Source: Deltaproteobacteria bacterium (GTDB taxonomy: Bacteria > Myxococcota > Kuafuiibacteriia > Kuafuiibacteriales > Kuafuiibacteriaceae). Taken from it: a stretch of 64,000 nucleotides of DNA. The position numbers and the translations under genes were made by a program. Within the stretch, counting starts at the first letter, position 1, and every line of letters starts with the position of its first letter. The notes under the pieces are model-generated. The model saw only the letters and a program-made list of their open reading frames with translations. It made no database searches and was not told where the DNA came from. Below, one piece after another: positions 19,405-28,582 of this stretch. The stretch covers positions 1 to 64,000 of the forward strand of contig JAVJQW010000041.1 of NCBI GenBank assembly GCA_040218735.1. Direction: 5' to 3'.

Positions 19405-21663
19405 CTACAAATCGATCTCGATGTTCCCGTTCGATTCGATGACCCGGATCGTTCGCCCCGAGAACGCAGGGTCTCGCGCCATGCGGACCGCGACGGGCGT
19501 GATCACCTGCTCCTCGATCAGCCGTGCGAGCGGGCGGGCGCCCTGGTCGGGCACGTAGCCGAGCGTCGCGAGGCGCCGTCGCGCCGCCGCGTCGACCGAG
19601 ATCTGCAGGCGCCGCCTCACGAGTCCGGTCCGCTCCGCGAGGCGGGCGATCAACAGATCGACGATACGCTCCACGTCGTCCTGGGTGAGTCGCTTGAATG
19701 GAACGACGTGGTCGAGGCGCGCGAACAACTCCGGCCGGAAGAACTGCCGCACGTGTTTCGTGAACGAGCCGTCCGTCGGGCCGTCGAACCCCATCGGCGG
19801 ACGCTCGGAGGCGCCGAGGTTCGAGGTCAACACGATCAGCGCCATGCGCAGATCGACGTGGCGCCCGAGGGCGTCGGTCAGCCGCCCCTCGCCGAGGATG
19901 CCGAGCAGCAGATCGAACACCTCGGCGTGAGCCTTCTCGATCTCGTCGAGCAACACCAGCGAGAGCGGGCGCTGTCGAAGCTGCTCCGCGAGGGAGTGCC
20001 GCCCCTGGCCGGCTTCGAGGAGACGCTCCGCCGAGCCGGGCAGCATGTACTCACTCATGTCGAACCGCACGAGCCGCGACGAGCTCCCGAACATGTAGCG
20101 CGCGAGTTGTTTGGCGAGCTCGGTCTTCCCGACGCCGGTCGGCCCGACGAAGAAGAGGCTCCCGGTCGGTTTGTCCGGATCGTTCAGCCCCGCCTTGAAC
20201 CGCGCGAGCACGTCACCGGCGACGTCGCAGGCGGCGTCCTGCCCGATGACCCGCTGCCGGAGCACGTCCGCGATCTGCGCGCCGCGCACCGGGCGTTCGT
20301 CGCTGATCAGCTCCACCGGGAGGCCGGAGTAACGTGAGAACGCTTCGGAGACGTCGGAGGGGTTGAGCGTCCGCGTCTGGTCGCCTTCGTTCGCGAGCCA
20401 GTCGACGAACCGGTAGCCCTTGCCCGGGAAACACGTGCTGCGCTCGAACGCGTCGAGGTGCCGGACGAGGCGCTTCATCCCCTGCGGGTGAATCGTCGTC
20501 TTCGACTTCTTCTTCGCCTGGTAGTCGAGGAGCAGCTCCGGCATCGCCGCCGACTCGACCTCCTCGATGCGGATGACCTGGAACGCGCTCACCAGCGTCG
20601 GCGTACGTCGCCGCGCGCGCTCCAGCTCGGTCTCGGTGCACTCGGCGATCAGGCTGATCTCCTCCGCGACCACCGCCGGGAGCAGTAGCTCCGCGATCGA
20701 CGTCCCGTCGGGTTGCGGCTCGAGGATCGCCGTCAGCCGATCCACGTACAGGTAGTGCCCCTCGTACGAGAGCTCCTCGATGAGCTCCAGCACCCGCTCC
20801 TGCCACATCCCGAGGTACACCATCCCCGCGATGATTCGGTCCTTCGACGTCGCGAGGATCCGTGGCACCGGGGCAAACGTCTTCTCGCGCTCGTAGTACG
20901 CGAGCAGGTGCGCGAGCCGACGCACGAACGTCGTCTTGCCGACGCCCGGTCCGCCCACCAACAGGATCGACGCGGGCGTCGAGCGCTCCAGGAGCGGCCG
21001 GTGCACGAACAGGTCCTCGTACCCGCCGACCACGACCGGGAGCTTCTTGCGCTTCGCGCGCTCGACCCACTCGTCGGCCACCGCACCCACCGCGTCGCCG
21101 TAGTAAGCGCCGTGGTCCTCGGTGGGCGTCGACAGCTTCGTGAGCAGGAAGTCCGGCGACCAGTCGCGCACGTACTCTTCACCTTCGCGGCGGAAGTCGT
21201 AGACCCACCGCGGCTCCTCTCCGCTCAGCGCGGTGGCGACGGCGTGTTCGAGCACCTTCGGCGCGATGTCGAGATCTTCGACCACGAACCACCAGTCGAA
21301 GCGCGGCAACATCACGCGGTAGGACCCGTTCCCCTGCTTCGCCCACGCGTAGGTGAGGCGCAGCGGGATCTCACGTTTGCCGATCACCGGGCGCTTCTCG
21401 ACCAACGACATCGGGTGCACTTCGACGCGCGCGGTGCGGACGTCGAAACGTTGGTCCCAGAGGTAGCGCTTCACGGTGTCGCGGTTGGCGGCGTCGCGTG
21501 AACGGACGATGACTTCGAGCTGGCGCAGGACGTCGTCTTCGTCGACGCCGTACGCGGTGGGCGGCGGCTCGTCGAAGAACCACGACCACGCGCGCACGAG
21601 GATGCCGGTCTTGTGACCGTCGTCGTGCGTGATGAAGTAGACGCGGAGGGTCGGCTTCTTCAT
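19405..21663 (-). CDS. ClpA/ClpB-like double AAA+ ATPase, third gene of the trio
   Basis: Walker A 'GGPGVGKT' and 'GPTGVGKT', D2 Walker B 'LLDEIEKAH', 'GARPL'; ATG overlaps the upstream TGA. Confidence 0.88.
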   Translation of the reverse strand: MKKPTLRVYFITHDDGHKTGILVRAWSWFFDEPPPTAYGVDEDDVLRQLEVIVRSRDAANRDTVKRYLWDQRFDVRTARVEVHPMSLVEKRPVIGKREIPLRLTYAWAKQGNGSYRVMLPRFDWWFVVEDLDIAPKVLEHAVATALSGEEPRWVYDFRREGEEYVRDWSPDFLLTKLSTPTEDHGAYYGDAVGAVADEWVERAKRKKLPVVVGGYEDLFVHRPLLERSTPASILLVGGPGVGKTTFVRRLAHLLAYYEREKTFAPVPRILATSKDRIIAGMVYLGMWQERVLELIEELSYEGHYLYVDRLTAILEPQPDGTSIAELLLPAVVAEEISLIAECTETELERARRRTPTLVSAFQVIRIEEVESAAMPELLLDYQAKKKSKTTIHPQGMKRLVRHLDAFERSTCFPGKGYRFVDWLANEGDQTRTLNPSDVSEAFSRYSGLPVELISDERPVRGAQIADVLRQRVIGQDAACDVAGDVLARFKAGLNDPDKPTGSLFFVGPTGVGKTELAKQLARYMFGSSSRLVRFDMSEYMLPGSAERLLEAGQGRHSLAEQLRQRPLSLVLLDEIEKAHAEVFDLLLGILGEGRLTDALGRHVDLRMALIVLTSNLGASERPPMGFDGPTDGSFTKHVRQFFRPELFARLDHVVPFKRLTQDDVERIVDLLIARLAERTGLVRRRLQISVDAAARRRLATLGYVPDQGARPLARLIEEQVITPVAVRMARDPAFSGRTIRVIESNGNIEIDL

Positions 21664-24600
21664 CGACGCCTCCGGCTCTTCTCGAGCAACCAACCCGGAC
21701 GCAGCGCGTCGGTGAGTGAACGGGCGTGGTGCACCGTGACCTCCGCGCGGCGGTAGTGCTCGATCTCGAAGCGCGTCGGCCGGTCGGAGTCCTCCGTCAC
21801 CTCGTAGCGCAGCTTCCGCACCGCCGGGAACAAACGGTACGGGCTCGGCGGGAGCGGCGTGTCGCCGCGAACCACCGCCGCTTCGAACGCCTCCTCCTCG
21901 GTGAGGAACCGCGCGACGACGTCCTCGGCCGTGTCACCGAGCGGCGCCGCCCACGCGCTCACGCGGACGAGCTCCGTGCCCGACGCGAGGGACTGCCAGA
22001 CGTGGCTGCCGATCTCCGTCTCGAAGCGATCGAGGATGCCGAGCCCGTTGAGCTCGAGCACCAGGTGCGCCGGGCCGCGGTGCAGCGGCACGGCCTTCTC
22101 GTCGTCGGTGACGCGCGAGACGAGGCGCCCGTCGGTCAGGCGACCGGCGTAGCTCGACAGCTCACCGGGGCCCTCCAGGTACGCCGCGGCGAGGGACTCG
22201 AGCAGGCCCGTGCGGTGATCACCGAAGCGCCCGCGGTGGCGCGCGTGACCGACGCGCAGCAGCTCCACGAAGATCGTGTGCTGGCCGGGTTCGTCGATGC
22301 GCTCGAACGTCCGCCGCAGGAACTCCGCCTCCGCGACGACCTCGAAGATCGCGTCCTTCGTCATCGGGCGCGCGCCCGAGCGGCTGTCGAACATACGCAC
22401 GCGTGAGCGGCCGGGGAGCGAGCTATGCGTGAACGTCGTCGCCTCGATGAAGTCCGGGTCGTTCGGGTTCGCGCTCCGCTTCACCCCTTCGAGGCGGGTG
22501 ATCAGCTCCGTGAGCCTCAGTTTCGCGGCGTCGAGGTGATAGATGTCGTCCGCCGGGTTCGCCGAGCCGATCGCTCGTGAGATGCGATCGTCGAGGCGCT
22601 CCACCCAGCCGTCCGCGATGATGCGCTCGAGCACCTCCAACGCTCCGTCGAGCGCCCCGGCCGTCTCCTCCGCCGTCTTGTCGAGCCACGGCGTGAGCGC
22701 GTAGTCGTCGTCGACCGGCTCCGCTTCCCGCAGCACCGACGCGTCGAGCGTGAAGCCGGACGGGCTCGGGTACACGCGGACGATCTGCATTGACGCCGGC
22801 TCCGAGCGCGTGATGTGGTCGGTGAGCAGCGAGCCGACGTGTTGATCGAGGTAGCGCTGCAACGGCCGCGCGCCGCGCTCCGCGTCGAAGCCCTCGCGCA
22901 CCACGCGCCTCAGCACCGGCTCGCCCGCGAACAAGAAGATGCTCCGCTCGGTGAGCCCGCGCCGCGTCGACAGGCGCGACAGCTCCTTCTCCGCGATCTG
23001 CACCGCGGTCTCCGCCTGCAAGGGGAGGAACGGGACGATGCGATCGATGCGGTTGAAGAGCTCCGGCGGGAAGAACGCACGCACCGCTTCGTCGACCTGC
23101 GCAGCGTCAGCGCGATCGTCGTGCGAGAAACCGACGGCGGGCCGTGCGCGTGCGCCGAGGTTGGACGTCATGATCACGACGGTGTGCGTGAAGTCGGCCG
23201 TGAAGCCGCGCGCGTCCGTGAGGCGCCCTTCGTCGAAGAGTTGAAGGAGCAGGTTGAGCACCGACGGGTGCGCCTTTTCGACTTCGTCGAGGAGCACGGT
23301 GCAGAACGGTTGGTCGAGCACCGGCTGCGTCAGCATGCCCTCCGGCTGGAAACGATCGCCGACGAGCCGCGCGGCGGCGTCCGGTCCGGACAGCTCGCTC
23401 ATGTCGAGGCGGAGGAGCCGACGTTTGTCGCCGAACAGATACTCCGCGATGCACTTCGCGAGCTCGGTTTTGCCCGTGCCGGTCGGCCCCGTGAACAGGT
23501 ACACGGCGTACGGGCGCTCCGGATCGGTGAGCCCCGCGCGGATGCGCAGCACGACGTCCACCGCCGCGTCGACCGCGTGTGGCTGCCCCATCACGTAACG
23601 CTCGAGCTGTCCGCCGAGGCGACCCGGGTCGAGCTTCTGCTCGGGCTGCAACAACAGGCGCGGAAGACCGGTGCGCGCCGACAGCACCTCGAGGACGGCC
23701 TCGGGCCCGATGCTCCGCTCGCCGGTCGACGCCTCCCTCAGATCGGGCTTCGCGAGCTCGTGCAGCAGGTCGACGGCCTTCCCCGGGAACGCGACCTGCG
23801 AAAACAGCGAGTCGGTCAGCTCGTACACCGTGCGGAACGCGGCCGGCTCGAAGGCGACGGGGGACGCGACCTCGAGCGCGCGCGCCTCGTGGAACATGAT
23901 CTGGTACGTCATCTCCTGTGACGTCGCGTCGACGAAGAGCCGCGTGAACAACGCCGCGAAGCTCGGCGCGTCGTCTTCGAGCTGCGCGAGCTGCTCCGCC
24001 GTGCACTCGCCGATGAGCAGGATCTCTTGCCGCTCGAGCGGCCCGCGGAATGCGTCGGCCAGGCTCCGGTCACTGTCGCGGGTGCGGCCGATGCGACCCC
24101 AGGCCGAGAGATCCTCCGCGTAGAGGATCAGCTTGCGGCCGCGCAGCTCCGAGACGATCGCGTTGACGCGCTCCTCCCACTGCCCGAGGTACGACATCCC
24201 CGCGATGATGCGTTTTCCGCTCGTCGACCAGACCTCGTGGATGCGGTCGAGGTTTCGGTGCGTGGGGAAGTCGTCGGCGTCGACGAGGTCCTTCACGAAG
24301 TGGTTGAAGATCGTCGTCTTGCCGCAGCCCGGCGGGCCGACGAGGAGCACCGGCTTCCGCTTCTGACCGGCAAGGTGCAGGAGCATCGGGTCGCGGTAAC
24401 GCGGTCGCGGTGCGCCGACGGGCAACGAGCCTTCGATCGCGCGCGTCGTCTGGTTGACGCCGATGGACGGGATGGTCGTCAGCCCGCCCTTCTTGCGCTC
24501 CTTCTCCTGCTTCGGTCCGCGTTTGACGACGAGGTCGTCCCACAGGCCGCCTTCGGAGTCGGGCAGCGTGTCGATCACACTCTTGTGATGCGCTTCGAAC

Positions 24601-25085
24601 GAGAAGCTCGTGACGAGGTCCTTCTTGTTCGTGGTGAGCTGATCGAGCGCGAAGTCCTCCAGCTCGGCGAACGCCTTCGCGAAGTAGAGCGCCGCCTGCT
24701 CGTCGAGCGGGCGGTCGTCGTCTACGACGAACCACTTCGCCTGGTAGTCGGGGTGGTAGGCGATCTTCACGCGGCGCTCGCGTGTGACCCAGCGCGGCTC
24801 GGTGACGATGGGGAAGAGGCCGGAGAGCTTGCGGCGCCCGGCGTCCTTGAGCGTGAGCGCGAGGCGGGTGCGCGCTAGCGCGATGCCGCGCGGTGCGAAC
24901 AGCTGCGACGCGCGCTCGGCGGAGCACTTCGCGATCGCTTGGCGCAGCGTGACGGTGAGCTCGCGTTGGATCTTGAGCGCGGTCCGGCCCTCTTGGCGCC
25001 GGTTGAGATCGCCGAGCCCGAGGGTCTGCCAGGTCAGCGAACCGGAGGCCTTCGTCTGGTAGATGGCGACGCGGAAGGTGCTCAC
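21660..25085 (-). CDS. ClpA/ClpB-like double AAA+ ATPase with C-terminal release-factor-like extension, second gene of the trio
   Basis: 'GPPGCGKT', 'GPTGTGKT', 'LLDEVEKAHP', 'GARPL', followed by about 330 extra aa. Start placed at GTG 25085 (GTGA overlap) rather than the called 25580. Confidence 0.85.
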   Translation of the reverse strand: MSTFRVAIYQTKASGSLTWQTLGLGDLNRRQEGRTALKIQRELTVTLRQAIAKCSAERASQLFAPRGIALARTRLALTLKDAGRRKLSGLFPIVTEPRWVTRERRVKIAYHPDYQAKWFVVDDDRPLDEQAALYFAKAFAELEDFALDQLTTNKKDLVTSFSFEAHHKSVIDTLPDSEGGLWDDLVVKRGPKQEKERKKGGLTTIPSIGVNQTTRAIEGSLPVGAPRPRYRDPMLLHLAGQKRKPVLLVGPPGCGKTTIFNHFVKDLVDADDFPTHRNLDRIHEVWSTSGKRIIAGMSYLGQWEERVNAIVSELRGRKLILYAEDLSAWGRIGRTRDSDRSLADAFRGPLERQEILLIGECTAEQLAQLEDDAPSFAALFTRLFVDATSQEMTYQIMFHEARALEVASPVAFEPAAFRTVYELTDSLFSQVAFPGKAVDLLHELAKPDLREASTGERSIGPEAVLEVLSARTGLPRLLLQPEQKLDPGRLGGQLERYVMGQPHAVDAAVDVVLRIRAGLTDPERPYAVYLFTGPTGTGKTELAKCIAEYLFGDKRRLLRLDMSELSGPDAAARLVGDRFQPEGMLTQPVLDQPFCTVLLDEVEKAHPSVLNLLLQLFDEGRLTDARGFTADFTHTVVIMTSNLGARARPAVGFSHDDRADAAQVDEAVRAFFPPELFNRIDRIVPFLPLQAETAVQIAEKELSRLSTRRGLTERSIFLFAGEPVLRRVVREGFDAERGARPLQRYLDQHVGSLLTDHITRSEPASMQIVRVYPSPSGFTLDASVLREAEPVDDDYALTPWLDKTAEETAGALDGALEVLERIIADGWVERLDDRISRAIGSANPADDIYHLDAAKLRLTELITRLEGVKRSANPNDPDFIEATTFTHSSLPGRSRVRMFDSRSGARPMTKDAIFEVVAEAEFLRRTFERIDEPGQHTIFVELLRVGHARHRGRFGDHRTGLLESLAAAYLEGPGELSSYAGRLTDGRLVSRVTDDEKAVPLHRGPAHLVLELNGLGILDRFETEIGSHVWQSLASGTELVRVSAWAAPLGDTAEDVVARFLTEEEAFEAAVVRGDTPLPPSPYRLFPAVRKLRYEVTEDSDRPTRFEIEHYRRAEVTVHHARSLTDALRPGWLLEKSRRRR

Positions 25086-28000
25086 GACGCAAACCCCACT
25101 TCCCGATCCAGCGGGCCGACGAACAGCGTGTCGCGGTCGAGGTCGATGTCGTTCTCGTAGACGAGGAGGTGCGCGAACGCGACGCGCTCGAGGTGGCGCC
25201 AGTACACGTCGGTCGCGACCGCGAAGGACTTCTCGGTGCGGAAGACGGTGAGCCGATCGTGCACGCCGTCGTGGGTGCGGATCACCGGGAGCGAGGTGCG
25301 GAGGGTGTACGTCGCCTTCGCCGGGAACATCGACTCCTTGGTGAACAGCTCCTCCTTCATCGCGTAGCGCATCGAGACGAGCTCGACGCCCAGCTCGGTC
25401 TTGTCCGTCTCGCGCCGAGGTTTCTCGAAAAGGTGTCGTCCCGCCTCCGCGGCGAGGAGCCCCCCGGCGTACGTCCCGGCGACGCGCACCAGGATCGTGC
25501 GCGGTTTGCTCGGCTGGGCGAGGCGCGCGCGGGTCTGGTCGGCGTTGCGCGGCGGCCCCCACGAGCTGAGGCCCTCCCACAGGTCGCTGTTCTTCTTGGG
25601 CTCACCCCAGAAGTGACACGTCACCTCCCAACCGCGGCGTTCGAAGTCGTCGAGGGCGTGGGCGAGCCACAGCTCGGCGGCGCGGCCTTCGTCGAGCTCC
25701 GTGAGGCGGAGGGTGATCGCGTCGCGGTGCTCCTGTCCGACGAGGAGCAGGAACACCATCCGCGCGGCGAGCGCCTCGTAGGCGGCTTCGGCTTCTTCGA
25801 CGGCGCCGTCCACGTCACCGCCGGTGTAGAGCGCGCCGACGGCGAGCTCTTCGGCGACGATCAGATCGTCCATGCACCGCTGCACGTGTTCGACCGCCTC
25901 GGCGTAGCGGTGCTCGGCGCGCATGAGCTCGGCGCGCTCCTGCGTGGTGCGTTGGTCGGCGTCCTTCGCGTCGACCTGGGAGAGCTGTGACCTGAGGTTC
26001 GACAGCTGCTCGACCGCCTCGACGACGGAGTCGAGGTTCATGTGTCGGTTCGCGATGCGCCGCAGCTGCGCGACTCGTTCGGTGCCGGACAGGTCGCGGT
26101 TGTCGACCGCCGCGCGCCCCGAGAACAGACGCAGGGTGAGGGGCCCCCGCTGCGTCGTCATCAGCGGCTTGGACTTCTTCTTCTCGGAGGGCTCCGACTC
26201 CAGGCTCGCGACGACGCTGGCGCGACGTGCGTCGGCCCCCGCACGCGCGAGGAGCCGAGCGATCGGCGCGACGAGCTCGTCCTCCAGCACGCGGCGGATC
26301 GCGCGCGCGCCGTAGATCGGTGAGTAGCCGTCCTCCGCGAGCCGCGCGAGGGCGGCGTCCGTGACGGACAGCGAGATCGACAGCTCGGTGAAGCCGCGAC
26401 GCTTCGTGATCTTCGCGAGCGCGACTCGCGCGACGGCGAGGATCTCCTCCTGCGTGAGCGGGTCGAACGCGATGATGCGGTCGAGGCGGTTGACGAGCTC
26501 GGGCCGGAAGTTCCGCTGCACCTCGCGTCGGTAGTGCGCTTCGTCGGTGAGCGTCGGGGCGTCGAGGCCGATCGCCTTCGGACGGTGCGACGCGCCGAGG
26601 TTGCTCGTCATGATGATGATCGCGTTGTGGAAGTACGCGGTCTTGCCGCGTGCGTCGGTGAGGCGTCCTTCGCCGCAGACCTGGAGCATCAGATCGAGCA
26701 CGGCGGGGTGGGCCTTCTCGATCTCGTCGAGCAGCAACACGGAGAACGGCTGCTGGCGGATCTTCTGGGTGAGGAGGCCCTCCTTGCGGTCGGTGCCGCG
26801 GATCAAACGCTCGGCGGCGAGCGGGTCGGCGTACTCGCTCATGTCGAACCGCACCATGCGGTCGGGCGCCTGGAAGAGGAACTTCGCGAGGGTGCGCGCG
26901 AGCTCCGTCTTGCCGACGCCGGTGGGGCCGATGAAGAGGAACGTCGCGAGCGGTTTTCCGCTCGGCTGCAAGCCGGCTTTCACGACGCAGATCGTGTCGA
27001 CGACGCGCGCGACGGCTTCCTTCTGGCCGATGATGTTGCGCTCGAACCGCTCCACGACCTCCTGTTTGTCGAGCGCGCGATCTTCCCGGAGCAGGAAGCC
27101 GGGGATTCCGGTCTGGCGGCTGAACGCGTCGAGCACGCGGGGGCCGTCGATGGGGTGCGGGCGTCCGCGTTCGTCGACGTCGCGCTCGTAGATCGCGCGC
27201 AGCTCACCGTAGAGGCGCATCACCTTCCCCGGGTTGGGTTGGTAGACGAGGTAGCGCTTCGTGAGGTCGAGGACGGTGTCGATCGCGTCGTCGGTGAGGG
27301 TGGGGCGATCGGGGGTGACGGTTCGGTCGTGATCGACCCGCGCAACGAGGGCGCGCCGCGTCGACCGGTCGTCGAGCGCGTCGACGCGCAGTCGCGTGAA
27401 ACACGAGAAGAACCCCACCGCGCGGTCCTCCAACGTGGAGAACGCCGCGGGGGTGATCTCGCCGAGCATCCGCACGCGGCCCGCTTCCAGGTACGGCTTC
27501 ATCGCGTTCGGCAGATCGATCGAGCCGGTCGCGCGGTCGTGGAAGAGATCGCGGAGGTCGTCGATGTACAGCACCGCGTCGAGCTGCTCGGCGGCTTCGA
27601 GCACACGCCGCACGCGCTCTTGCCACTGCCCGAGGCCGCTCATCCCCGCGACGAGCTGCGCGGCGGAGGTCTGGTAGACCATCGGTTTGTCGTCGCCGCG
27701 GCTCCGAAGCCACGCGTAGAGGACCGCGCTCTTGCCGACCAGCTCGTCGCCGAACAGGAGGAGGTTGATGCGCGCCTTCCCGGTGAGGAGCGGGGTGAGG
27801 CTGTCGACGAGGCGATCGCGCCCGACGATCGGGGGGCCGGCGTGGGCTTCGGGGCGTTCGTGAATCGCGATGCCGACGGAGTCGAGCACCTTCTTCGCGT
27901 CGCGCTTCTTGTTGCGCTCGATCAGGCGCTTCTTCAGCGAAGCGGCGCGTCCGGTGGGGAGGCGGTCCTCCCGATCGACCGGGACTTCGAGGGTCTCGAT

Positions 28001-28462
28001 GCGGCTCGTCTTCGCGGGGAAGAAGTGCCGGTACGTGTCGAGCTCGACGAGCTGCGCGGTGGCGACGCGTTGGATCTCGTCGCGGATCGCTTCGCGCCGG
28101 TCTTCCTTCTTCGACACGTGGAAGGTGTGTCGCAGCCGCGGGACGATGACCCACGCGTCCCCGTTCGGCTGACCGAGGAGCACGGTGTCGAAGTGGAGCG
28201 GGTCGACGATCTGTAGTGGGCGCGGGAGATCGTCGCGCTCGATCACCACCTCGACGTCGAACAGCTCGACGTCCTTCGGCATGGAGAACCGCGCGAGCGT
28301 CGAGGCGTCGGTCGTCGCGAGGTACGCCTCGAGGTACGCCTGCTGTTCTTCGAGCACGTGCGCGGGCGTGCCGAGCGAGGACTTGTCGAGGTCCGCGATC
28401 GGGAGCGCGAGCGTGCGCCCGTCGAACCCCTCCTCGAGGAGGAGGCGCACGGTGAGTTTCAT
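25082..28462 (-). CDS. ClpA/ClpB-like double AAA+ ATPase with C-terminal release-factor (PCRF)-like module, first gene of the trio
   Basis: 'GDELVGKS', 'GPTGVGKT', 'LLLDEIEKAHP', 'GARAI'; tail 'ILVRVAGTYAGGLLAAEAGRH..VIRTHD'. Start at 28462 or 28486. Confidence 0.85.
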   Translation of the reverse strand: MKLTVRLLLEEGFDGRTLALPIADLDKSSLGTPAHVLEEQQAYLEAYLATTDASTLARFSMPKDVELFDVEVVIERDDLPRPLQIVDPLHFDTVLLGQPNGDAWVIVPRLRHTFHVSKKEDRREAIRDEIQRVATAQLVELDTYRHFFPAKTSRIETLEVPVDREDRLPTGRAASLKKRLIERNKKRDAKKVLDSVGIAIHERPEAHAGPPIVGRDRLVDSLTPLLTGKARINLLLFGDELVGKSAVLYAWLRSRGDDKPMVYQTSAAQLVAGMSGLGQWQERVRRVLEAAEQLDAVLYIDDLRDLFHDRATGSIDLPNAMKPYLEAGRVRMLGEITPAAFSTLEDRAVGFFSCFTRLRVDALDDRSTRRALVARVDHDRTVTPDRPTLTDDAIDTVLDLTKRYLVYQPNPGKVMRLYGELRAIYERDVDERGRPHPIDGPRVLDAFSRQTGIPGFLLREDRALDKQEVVERFERNIIGQKEAVARVVDTICVVKAGLQPSGKPLATFLFIGPTGVGKTELARTLAKFLFQAPDRMVRFDMSEYADPLAAERLIRGTDRKEGLLTQKIRQQPFSVLLLDEIEKAHPAVLDLMLQVCGEGRLTDARGKTAYFHNAIIIMTSNLGASHRPKAIGLDAPTLTDEAHYRREVQRNFRPELVNRLDRIIAFDPLTQEEILAVARVALAKITKRRGFTELSISLSVTDAALARLAEDGYSPIYGARAIRRVLEDELVAPIARLLARAGADARRASVVASLESEPSEKKKSKPLMTTQRGPLTLRLFSGRAAVDNRDLSGTERVAQLRRIANRHMNLDSVVEAVEQLSNLRSQLSQVDAKDADQRTTQERAELMRAEHRYAEAVEHVQRCMDDLIVAEELAVGALYTGGDVDGAVEEAEAAYEALAARMVFLLLVGQEHRDAITLRLTELDEGRAAELWLAHALDDFERRGWEVTCHFWGEPKKNSDLWEGLSSWGPPRNADQTRARLAQPSKPRTILVRVAGTYAGGLLAAEAGRHLFEKPRRETDKTELGVELVSMRYAMKEELFTKESMFPAKATYTLRTSLPVIRTHDGVHDRLTVFRTEKSFAVATDVYWRHLERVAFAHLLVYENDIDLDRDTLFVGPLDREVGFAS

Positions 28463-28582
28463 GGCGCTGTCAGGACCGGACGACACGTCGGACCGCCACC
28501 TTTAGCAGGGCCCGGGGTGCGTGCCGAGGCCCTCGCCGCCCGGGGCGTGGCGACGAGGGCCTGGCTGCCCGCGTTTCGCTGT

